From Alphaproteobacteria bacterium (GTDB lineage: Bacteria; Pseudomonadota; Alphaproteobacteria; GCA-2731375), in the NCBI GenBank assembly GCA_040223615.1, contig JAVKFY010000069.1, positions 1-64,000 of the forward strand: 64,000 nucleotides of DNA. The letters are read 5' to 3'. This document shows positions 56,764 through 64,000 of this stretch, one piece after another (within the stretch, counting starts at the first letter, position 1; every line of letters starts with the position of its first letter). Under the pieces are notes generated by a model that was given only the letters and a program-made list of their open reading frames with translations, was not told the DNA's origin and searched no databases. The translations under genes were made by a program, and so were the position numbers.

Positions 56764-56940
56764 GGCCGTGCCCAGCAGGACACGGCCTGTCCGTAAATAT
56801 GAGCGTGCTGTTGCGCGCTCATGGCCGTGCCCAGCAGGACACGGCCTGTCCAAAGTTATGAGCGTGCTGTTGCGGGCTCATGGCCGTGCCCAACAGGACA
56901 CGGCCTGTCCAAAGTTATGAGCGTGCTGTTGCGCGCTCAT
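56761..56940 (-). repeat. three tandem copies of a 59-bp element at the dppD/dppF junction, each carrying a hairpin and an ATGA-coupled 20-codon mini-ORF
   Basis: Unit starts at 56761, 56820 and 56879 (plus strand catggccgtgccca[g/a]caggacacggcctgtcc[gt/aa]aa[at/gt]tatgagcgtgctgttgcg[c/g]gct), with a fourth CATG at 56938. Reverse-strand mini-ORFs 56940..56878, 56881..56819 and 56822..56760 encode MSAQQHAHNFGQAVSCWARP, MSPQQHAHNFGQAVSCWARP and MSAQQHAHIYGQAVSCWARP. Confidence 0.8.
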
Positions 56941-57926
56941 GCCGGCACCTCTTCGAACAGGTGGCAGGCGGTGTCGACCCCGTCGACATTGCGCAGTTCC
57001 GGCCGCTGTTCGCGGCACCGGTCCATCACCCTCGGGCAGCGCGGATGGAAGGCGCAGCCGGTGGGGTGATCGGTCAGCCGCGGCATCGAGCCCTCGATCT
57101 GCACCAGCCGGTCGACGTCGGCGCCGACATGCGGGATCGAGCCCATCAGGCCCACCGTGTAGGGATGCTTGGCATTGCGCACAACCTCGCGCACCGGCCC
57201 GACCTCGACGATGCGGCCGGCATACATCACCGCGACCCGGTCGGCCGCCTCGGCAATCACGCCCATGTCGTGCGTCACCAGCATCACCGCGGTGTGGTGT
57301 TCGCGGCAAAGCCGTTTCAGCAGACTGATGATCTGCGCCTGGATCGACACGTCCAGCGCCGTGGTCGGCTCGTCGGCGATGATCAGCCGCGGCTCCGCGC
57401 ACAGCGCCAGCGCGATCACCACCCGTTGCCGCATGCCGCCGGAGAACTGGTGCGGATAATGGTCGAGGCGTTCTTCCGCCGCCGGAATGCCGACCTCCTT
57501 GAGCAGGTCCAGCGCCCGCGCCCGGGCCTGCTTCTCGGTCATCGGCAAGTGCGTCTGGATCGTCTCGATGAGCTGCTTGGAGACCCGGTAGAGCGGGTTC
57601 AGGCTGGTCAGCGGGTCCTGGAAGATCGCGCCGATACGGCGGCCGCGAATTCGGCGCATCTGCTCGTAGGGCAAATCGTCGATGCGCTCGCCCTCCAGCC
57701 GGATTTCGCCGTCGGCGATGCGCCCCGGGGGCTCCAGCAGGCCGATCACGGCAGCACCTGTCATCGACTTGCCGGCGCCGCTCTCGCCGACCACGCCCAG
57801 CACCTCGCCGGGGTCGATATGCAGTGACACGTCGTGCACCGCGACCAGCGTGCCACGCCGGGTTGGGAACTCGACCCGCAGGTTCTTGACCTCCAGGAGA
57901 GGCTGGTTGGCGGGGATCTTGGTCAT
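56937..57926 (-). CDS. dppD: dipeptide/oligopeptide ABC transporter ATP-binding protein DppD
   Basis: Start MTKIPANQPLLEVKNL… (ATGA overlap with dppC stop); Walker A GESGAGKS, signature FSGGMRQRVVIALAL; the 702-aa ORF in the track is an unstopped upstream extension of this frame. Confidence 0.85.
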   Translation of the reverse strand: MTKIPANQPLLEVKNLRVEFPTRRGTLVAVHDVSLHIDPGEVLGVVGESGAGKSMTGAAVIGLLEPPGRIADGEIRLEGERIDDLPYEQMRRIRGRRIGAIFQDPLTSLNPLYRVSKQLIETIQTHLPMTEKQARARALDLLKEVGIPAAEERLDHYPHQFSGGMRQRVVIALALCAEPRLIIADEPTTALDVSIQAQIISLLKRLCREHHTAVMLVTHDMGVIAEAADRVAVMYAGRIVEVGPVREVVRNAKHPYTVGLMGSIPHVGADVDRLVQIEGSMPRLTDHPTGCAFHPRCPRVMDRCREQRPELRNVDGVDTACHLFEEVPA

Positions 57927-58861
57927 CGCAGCTTCGGGTTCAGCGCGTCGCGCAGCCAGTCGCCCAGCAGGTTCACCGCCAGCACCAGGGTCGCGAGCAT
58001 CACCGAGGGGAAGATCACGATCCACCACTCGCCGGAGAACATGAAATCGTTGCCGATGCGGATCAGGGTGCCAAGCGACGGCTCGGTCGGCGGCAGGCCG
58101 ACGCCCAGGAACGACAGCGCCGCCTCCAGCAGGATCGCGGTGGCCAGCGAGATGGTGGCGATCACCAGCACCGGTCCCATCACGTTGGGCAGGACGTGGC
58201 GCGCCATGATGGTGATCGGGTTGCGGCCGATCACCCGCGCCGCCTGAACGTACTCCTTGCTCTTCTCCACCATGGTGGAGCCGCGCACGGTGCGCGCGAA
58301 ATTCGGCCAGATCGACACGGCGATCGCCAGCACCACCACCGGCAGCGCCAGGTCGGCGTGCTGGTCGTGCGGCAATATCCCGCGCATCACGCCGTCGATC
58401 AGCAGCACGATGAGGATCGCCGGAAAGCTGATCTGCACGTCGGCGATGCGCATGATCACCGCGTCGATGGTGCCGCCGACATAGCCGGAGATCAGCCCCA
58501 GGCCGATGCCGATCGCCATCGCCAGCAGCACCGCGGCGATGCCGACGCCGATCGAGACACGGCTGCCGTACAGGATGGCGGAGTACATGTCGCGGCCGAG
58601 ATTGTCGGTGCCGAGCCAGAACCGCGCCTCGCCGTCCGCCGCCCAGGCCGGCGGCAGGAACGCATCCAGCAGGTCGAGCTGGCCCGGGTCGAACGGGTCC
58701 TGCGGCGTGATCAGCGGCGCCAGCAGTGCCGCGACAAAGATCACCAGCGTCACCGCCGCCGCGACCATGGTCAGGGTCGAGCCCTTGAAGCTGTGGTAGA
58801 TGTCGCTGTCGAGCGCCCGATCCACGGTGTCGCGCATGCGGTTGCTGGTGGTCACCGACAT
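57923..58861 (-). CDS. dppC: dipeptide ABC transporter permease DppC
   Basis: 312 aa; N-terminal OppC_N-like region and BPD-transport motif. Confidence 0.85.
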   Translation of the reverse strand: MSVTTSNRMRDTVDRALDSDIYHSFKGSTLTMVAAAVTLVIFVAALLAPLITPQDPFDPGQLDLLDAFLPPAWAADGEARFWLGTDNLGRDMYSAILYGSRVSIGVGIAAVLLAMAIGIGLGLISGYVGGTIDAVIMRIADVQISFPAILIVLLIDGVMRGILPHDQHADLALPVVVLAIAVSIWPNFARTVRGSTMVEKSKEYVQAARVIGRNPITIMARHVLPNVMGPVLVIATISLATAILLEAALSFLGVGLPPTEPSLGTLIRIGNDFMFSGEWWIVIFPSVMLATLVLAVNLLGDWLRDALNPKLR

Positions 58862-58864
58862 GGC

Positions 58865-59851
58865 TCAGGCCCCCGTCGCGGCGCTTGTGTCGATGCGCAG
58901 CCGCGGGTCGACCACGTAGTAAAGCAGGTCGACGATCAGGTTGATCACCACGAAGAAGAACGACACCAGCATCAGGTAGGCCGACATCACCGGGATATCG
59001 ACGAACTGCACCGCCTGCAGGAACAGCAGGCCCATGCCCGGCCACTGAAACACCGTCTCGGTGATGATCGCGAAGGCGATGATGTTACCGACCTGCAGGC
59101 CGGTGATGGTGATCACCGGCACCAGCGTGTTCTTCAGCGCATGGCCGAAGTTGACCGCGCGGTTGGTCAGGCCGCGGGCGCGGGCGAACTTGACGAAGTC
59201 GGTGCGCAGCACCTCCAGCATCTCCGAACGCACCAGCCGCATGATCAGCGTGAGCTGGAACATGCCCAGCGTGAACGCCGGCATCAGGATCGAGGCCCAG
59301 CCGCTGCTCGTCAGCAGTCCGGTGGACCAGAAGCCGAGCTGGATCACCTCGCCGCGGCCGTTGGTCGGCAGCCAGCCGAGCTGCACCCCGAAGAACAGGA
59401 TCAGTAGGATGCCGATCACGAAGGTCGGCAGCGAGATGCCGACCAGCGAGATGGTCAGGAAGAATTTCGACAGCATCCGGCGGGGATAGAGCCCGGTATA
59501 GACGCCCATCGGGATGCCGACGAGGAGCGAATAGAACGCCGCCACCAGGCTCAGCTCCAGGGTCGCCGGCAGCCGTTCGGCGATGATCTCGTCGACCGGC
59601 AGGCCGATCCGGTAGGAGATCCCGAACTTGCCTTCCAGCACGCGGCCGACATAGCGCGCGAATTGGATCGGCACCGGGTCGTTCAGTCCCAGGCTCTCGC
59701 GCAGCTTCTCGCGCTCGGCGATCGGGGTGTCCTGGCCGACCATCGAACTGATCGGGTCGCCCAGGAAGGTGAACATCGAGAAGGCCAGCAGCGAGACGAC
59801 CAGCATCACCAGGACCGACTGCATCAGCCGGCGCACAATGAAGGCGATCAT
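58865..59851 (-). CDS. dppB: dipeptide ABC transporter permease DppB
   Basis: 328 aa; MIAFIVRRLMQSVLVMLVVSLLAF… typical DppB/OppB. Confidence 0.85.
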   Translation of the reverse strand: MIAFIVRRLMQSVLVMLVVSLLAFSMFTFLGDPISSMVGQDTPIAEREKLRESLGLNDPVPIQFARYVGRVLEGKFGISYRIGLPVDEIIAERLPATLELSLVAAFYSLLVGIPMGVYTGLYPRRMLSKFFLTISLVGISLPTFVIGILLILFFGVQLGWLPTNGRGEVIQLGFWSTGLLTSSGWASILMPAFTLGMFQLTLIMRLVRSEMLEVLRTDFVKFARARGLTNRAVNFGHALKNTLVPVITITGLQVGNIIAFAIITETVFQWPGMGLLFLQAVQFVDIPVMSAYLMLVSFFFVVINLIVDLLYYVVDPRLRIDTSAATGA

Positions 59852-59938
59852 TTAGCCCTGCCCCATGACGGGAGCGGCCCGGCGTCACGCTCGCGCGCCA
59901 ACACCGGGCCGTACCGTGTTTGCTTCAACAAAGCGACG

Positions 59939-61510
59939 TCAGTTGACGGTGACGTGGCGCCAGTCGAAGACGTTGTCCGGGCGCTGCTTGACCTCGATAT
60001 TCTTGCGCGCGCCCCAGGCCAGCGCCTGCTGATGCAGCGGGATGGTGGCGATGTCGTCGTGGACGATCTTCCAGGCATCCTGGATCAGCTTGCCGCGCTT
60101 GTCGGCGTCGGTCTCCGACAGGATCATGGCGGTCAGCTCGTCCACCTTCGGGTTGCAGTAGCGGCCTAGGTTGAACTTGCCCTTGCCGCTGTCGTCCATG
60201 CAGCTCAGCAGGTTGTGCAGCGGGTTCCACGAGTCGAGCGAACCCGGGGTCCAGCCGATCAGGTAGAAGTTGGTGTCCAGGCTCGGCGCCAGCACCTTCT
60301 TGAAGTACTTCGCCTTCGGCTGCGCCAGCAGGTCGACCTTGATGCCGATCTTGGCCATCATCGACACCACCGCCTGACAGATCGCCTCGTCGTTGACGTA
60401 GCGGTCGTTCGGGCAGTCCATGCCGACGCTGAAGCCATCCGGATAGCCGGCTTCGGCGAGCAGCGCCTTGGCCTTGTCCGGATCGTACTCGTAGCGGCTG
60501 GAACCGTCCGGGTAGCCGTTGATGCCCGGCGCGACCATCGCAGCGGTCGGGTTCGACAGCCCGCGCATCACCTTCTTCTGGATCGCCACGGTATCGACGG
60601 CGCGGTACATCGCCTCGCGCACGCGACGATCCTGGAACGGGTTCTTACCCTTCACGTTGGAGGTCTTCAGCTCCTTGTTGAAGTGGTCGACGCCCAGGTA
60701 GATCGTGCGCAGCTCCGGCCCGACCAGCATCTTGGTGTTGGCGTCGCCCTCGACCCGGCCCATGTCCTGCACCGGTACCGGGTAGGCCATGTCGACCTCG
60801 CCCGACAGCAGCGCCGCAACCCGGGTCGGGTCGGACGCGATCGGGGTGAAGGTCACCTTGGTGACGTTATGCGTCGCGTTGTCCCACCAGCCGGAATTGA
60901 CCTCGGCCACGGTCTTCACGTCGATCTCGCGGCTGACCAGCTTGAAGGCGCCGGTGCCGTTGGCGTGACGGGTGGCGTAGTTCTCCTGGTCGGAGGTCAC
61001 CTGCTGCGGGCTGACCGCGTTGTGCTCTTCCGCCCACGCCTTCGACATGATGTACCAGGTCGCCCACTCGTAGTGGATGATCGGGTTCGGTGCCGTGGTG
61101 ATGAAGTCGACCGTATGATCGTCGACCTTGACCACCTTGGTGTCGGCGGCGATGCGCGTCTTCAGGTCGGAGCCGTCGGCCCGCACACGCTCGGCCGAGA
61201 ACACCACGTCGTCGGCGGTGAAGTCGCGGCCGTCGTGGAACTTCACGCCCTTGCGCAGGTAGAAGCGCCAGCGGGTCGGCTCCATCACCTCGAACCGCTC
61301 GGCAAGCGCGCCCTCGATCGCCAGGTCCGGCCCGCGCCGGATCAGGCCCTCGTAGATGTTGCCGAGGAAACCGAGCGTGAAGGTCTCGTTCAGATTGTAC
61401 GGGTCCATCGAATTCGCATCGCCCTGGAAAGCGAACTTGAACTCGGCCGCCGACGCCGCGCTGGCTGTGACGAGCAACGTGCTCGCCAGCAGCATGCCGT
61501 GAAGTTTCAT
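59939..61510 (-). CDS. dppA: dipeptide ABC transporter substrate-binding protein DppA (family 5 SBP)
   Basis: Start MKLHGMLLASTLLVTASAASAAEF (signal peptide); SBP_bac_5 architecture. Confidence 0.85.
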   Translation of the reverse strand: MKLHGMLLASTLLVTASAASAAEFKFAFQGDANSMDPYNLNETFTLGFLGNIYEGLIRRGPDLAIEGALAERFEVMEPTRWRFYLRKGVKFHDGRDFTADDVVFSAERVRADGSDLKTRIAADTKVVKVDDHTVDFITTAPNPIIHYEWATWYIMSKAWAEEHNAVSPQQVTSDQENYATRHANGTGAFKLVSREIDVKTVAEVNSGWWDNATHNVTKVTFTPIASDPTRVAALLSGEVDMAYPVPVQDMGRVEGDANTKMLVGPELRTIYLGVDHFNKELKTSNVKGKNPFQDRRVREAMYRAVDTVAIQKKVMRGLSNPTAAMVAPGINGYPDGSSRYEYDPDKAKALLAEAGYPDGFSVGMDCPNDRYVNDEAICQAVVSMMAKIGIKVDLLAQPKAKYFKKVLAPSLDTNFYLIGWTPGSLDSWNPLHNLLSCMDDSGKGKFNLGRYCNPKVDELTAMILSETDADKRGKLIQDAWKIVHDDIATIPLHQQALAWGARKNIEVKQRPDNVFDWRHVTVN

Positions 61511-61733
61511 TTGTTTTCTCCCGATCACTGGTTCCGTGCCGGCGTTTGTACTGGCCGACGAACGCACCCAAACTCCCTGTCCCGCCAGCTTGTACCAGCG
61601 GGCGGCAGCATTCCAGCCTGTTTAAGTGAGCCTCCCGAGGCACGTCAACGTCAATCGCCCCCGACGCGGGCACAGTTGCGCGAGCACGTTTGCGGCTAGG
61701 ATGTCCCGGCCTGCACAAATACGGAGCCCGACG

Positions 61734-62171
61734 ATGACCGACACCGCCGATCGCCGCACTGTCAACGCCTGGATCGACGACTGGGGTACTTGCGTCGCCG
61801 CGGTCGATTTCGAGGCCGCCAAACCGCTCTTCGCCGCCGACGTGGTCGGCTTTGGCACCCACAAAGCTTTCGTCGAGGGTCTGGCGGCGTTGGCGGCGGA
61901 GCAGTGGGGCACCGTCTGGCCGACGATCCGGGATTTCCGGTTCCAGACCGAAGACCTGATCTGCATGGTTTCGCCGGACCGGCTGCAGGCCTGCGCGATC
62001 GTGCCCTGGTCCTCGACCGGTTTTCACAAGGACGGCCGCGATTTCGACCGTCCCGGCCGCGCCACCATCGTGCTCACCCGCACCGACCCCGACGCGCCAT
62101 GGCAGGGCCGCCACACGCACTTCTCGCTACGCCCCGGCGTGCCGGAACGTTCGTACGCGCTGCAGCACTAG
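61734..62171 (+). CDS. NTF2-like/SnoaL-like domain protein
   Basis: 146 aa; start MTDTADRRTVNAWIDDW… cone-shaped alpha+beta fold signature residues (W, D/H pairs). Confidence 0.55.
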   Translation: MTDTADRRTVNAWIDDWGTCVAAVDFEAAKPLFAADVVGFGTHKAFVEGLAALAAEQWGTVWPTIRDFRFQTEDLICMVSPDRLQACAIVPWSSTGFHKDGRDFDRPGRATIVLTRTDPDAPWQGRHTHFSLRPGVPERSYALQH

Positions 62172-62632
62172 CGATTCTTGGTGCGTTCGGTCTCCGAGGT
62201 CTGGCCGCGGCGGAAGCGCAGGTTCAGGCGCCGCGAGGCGAAGCGCCAGCCGAGCCGGTCGAGCACGAATTCGTCCTCATAGTGGCCGACGAAGGACGGC
62301 CCGCGGATGGCGATCTCGCCGGACGGCTCCGGGCCTGCATACTGGTGACGGTAGATGGTCACGTAGGTCACGCCGACCGCGCGCGTCTCATCGATCACGT
62401 CGACCATGAGGTTGGTGCAGACGTGACGGGTGACCTGTTGCTGGTAGCGCTGGCGCACGCCAGTGCGGATTTCGTCCAGGTTGCGGTAATGCATCCGGCC
62501 GACATGCAGTACCGCATCGTCGGCGAACAGCTTCGCCAGCGCGTCGAAATTGCCGAAATCGAGGTGGTAGGCATAGGCCAGCGAGAGTTGCTCGCAAGCC
62601 CTTTCGATCATCATTTGCTGGACTGGATCCAT
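62168..62632 (-). CDS. nuclear transport factor 2 family (SnoaL-like) protein
   Basis: 154 aa; MDPVQQMMIERACEQLSLAYAYHLDFGNFDALAKLFADDAVL… pattern. Confidence 0.6.
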   Translation of the reverse strand: MDPVQQMMIERACEQLSLAYAYHLDFGNFDALAKLFADDAVLHVGRMHYRNLDEIRTGVRQRYQQQVTRHVCTNLMVDVIDETRAVGVTYVTIYRHQYAGPEPSGEIAIRGPSFVGHYEDEFVLDRLGWRFASRRLNLRFRRGQTSETERTKNR

Positions 62633-62710
62633 ATTCCGGAGGCCCCTTTTTGATTATTTGCCGGCAGCTTACGGAAATATCCGGTGATTCCAAGTTAAAC
62701 TCGAACCGGC

Positions 62711-63931
62711 TCACGCAATATCAAATTTGAGGTGCGCGTACGCCTCGCGCAGGGCCGCCACCACCGCCGCCGGGCTCTCGCCATGGGCGATGACGAAACC
62801 GAGATATCGACTGCCTTCGGGCAGCATCTCCACGTCGTCGCCCACCGGTATGGTGATCGAAACCTCGGCGATCAGGTCGACCGCCTCCGCCGCGCGGACG
62901 CCGGTAACGCCGCGTAGGCTGCCGCTGGCCGGGATCGGGATCATCATCACGCCCCCTGCCCCGGCCTGTGCGAAGGAGGGGATCGGCAGGCCGGCGGCCT
63001 GGCGCAGGATCACGTCCTCCAGCCGCAGGCCTTCGCCGAACCGCAAGGAGCGGCCGCAACGCCCGCCGATCGAGCGCGCGTCGACCTCCAGGATGGTGAC
63101 GGTCTCGTCCGGGCCGACGCGCAGGTCGATATGCGTCGGTCCGGCGACCAGGCCCAGCGCCGTCGCGGCCGCGGCGGCAGTGTGCTGGATTGCCTCACGC
63201 CGCGCCTTCGAGATATCGGCCGGGGCGACGTAGATGGTCTCCTCGAAATACGGGCCATCCAGCGGGTCCGGCTTGTCGAACACCGCCAGCAGCTCCAGCC
63301 GGCCGTCGTGGATCAGCCCCTCGACGGCATACTCGCGGCCCTCGACGTAGCTTTCGACCAGCAGGTGATCGGCGGCCAGGCCGGGCGTGTTGGCATCCGG
63401 GCGCGCGATGATGTCGGCGACCCGGTGGAACGCCTGCACGAAGCTGTTGTGGCCATCGGCGCGGATCACGCCGCGGCTCATCGCCAGGCTCAACGGTTTG
63501 AGGACGCAAGGGAACGCGACCTCGCGGGCCACCTGGCCCGGGTCGGCGTCGAGCGGCACCAGCCGGAAGTCCGGACACGGCAGGCCGGCCGCCGCCATCT
63601 TCTGCCGAAACGAATATTTGTTGCGGGCGCTGGCGACTGCATCGGGCGTGTTCTGCGCCAGGCCCAGCCGTGCCGCCGCCGCCGCCGCGACCGCGACGCC
63701 GCCGCCGTCGACCGGCACCACTGCGTCGAACGCGCCCAATGCCGCGATGCGCGCAGCCGACGTCTCGGCGTCGTCGAAATCGACCTCGACGGTGGCCCCG
63801 CCGTTCACGCTGGCCAGCACCGAGGCCTGGTCGGAACCGACCACGACCTCCACGCCCAGCCGGTCGGCGGCGGCGATGAAGTCGTGCGTGCGGTAGCTTG
63901 CGGTCGGGATCAGCAGCAGCAGCCGCGCCAT
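62711..63931 (-). CDS. ATP-grasp domain protein (carboxylate-amine ligase-like)
   Basis: Pre-ATP-grasp N-domain, then FPCVLKPLSLAMSRGVIRA lysine-loop and LLVESYVEGREYAVE…ILEVDARSIGG ATP-grasp C-terminal. Confidence 0.7.
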   Translation of the reverse strand: MARLLLLIPTASYRTHDFIAAADRLGVEVVVGSDQASVLASVNGGATVEVDFDDAETSAARIAALGAFDAVVPVDGGGVAVAAAAAARLGLAQNTPDAVASARNKYSFRQKMAAAGLPCPDFRLVPLDADPGQVAREVAFPCVLKPLSLAMSRGVIRADGHNSFVQAFHRVADIIARPDANTPGLAADHLLVESYVEGREYAVEGLIHDGRLELLAVFDKPDPLDGPYFEETIYVAPADISKARREAIQHTAAAAATALGLVAGPTHIDLRVGPDETVTILEVDARSIGGRCGRSLRFGEGLRLEDVILRQAAGLPIPSFAQAGAGGVMMIPIPASGSLRGVTGVRAAEAVDLIAEVSITIPVGDDVEMLPEGSRYLGFVIAHGESPAAVVAALREAYAHLKFDIA

Positions 63932-63949
63932 GGCCCGGCTATTTCGCGC

Positions 63950-64000
63950 CCGGGCTGTAATACGGGTTGTCGCCCGAGGCGTGGTCGGTGACGTCGCGCA
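63950..64000 (-). CDS. 3' end of an unidentified reverse-strand gene (partial, runs off window)
   Basis: Open frame ending with TAG (plus-strand cta at 63950-63952), 18 nt downstream of the ATP-grasp start. Confidence 0.25.

Noticed and set aside
56761-56940. Possibility that the tandem repeats are a CRISPR array
   Set aside because: The three units are directly adjacent with no spacers, the period is 59 bp, and they sit inside an operon junction. This is a tandem duplication or miniature element, not CRISPR
56937-59045. 702-aa ORF suggesting a giant DppD
   Set aside because: The frame has no stop across dppC, which lies in another frame. The true dppD starts at MTKIPANQ (57926) with ATGA coupling to dppC

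Overview
This is a high-GC (~65-70%) bacterial chromosomal segment, most likely alphaproteobacterial. The evidence for that is a GTTC-N7-GTTC SOS box upstream of an imuA-imuB-dnaE2 cassette, a DUF2336 gene, and Liv and Dpp ABC operons. The window is dense with genes.

Features called, in order:
- tRNA-Thr(UGU).
- A DevBCA/MacAB-type tripartite efflux ABC system.
- A Bcp peroxiredoxin whose peroxidatic Cys codon is an in-frame TGA, making it a candidate selenoprotein.
- A full livKHMGF-type branched-chain amino-acid transporter.
- A hydantoinase A/B pair.
- A 911-aa flotillin with an expanded coiled-coil repeat region, tightly followed by an orphan ABC ATPase.
- The imuA-imuB-dnaE2 SOS mutasome.
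- Genes for MlrC, FGase, DUF2817 and GFA-domain proteins.
- nadK and moaA.
- A beta-oxidation-like set: acyl-CoA synthetase, hydroxyacyl-CoA dehydrogenase, MaoC dehydratase and thiolase.
- An MCP-fragment/globin chimera.
- coaA.
- A response-regulator-Hpt plus adenylate cyclase pair.
- A ~4.5-kb lower-GC island, apparently inserted into an amidohydrolase gene. It carries a sulfotransferase, an IS1-family transposase, hicAB and several unknown ORFs.
- The dppABCDF operon.
- NTF2-like genes and an ATP-grasp gene.

The two strongest structures were read directly from the sequence. One is the Sec-type Bcp. The other is a 3x59-bp tandem repeat at the dppD/dppF junction, which creates a chain of three ATGA-coupled 20-codon mini-ORFs, each preceded by a 10-bp hairpin.

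Many long ORFs in the six-frame track are antisense or frame artefacts of the high GC content and were not called.
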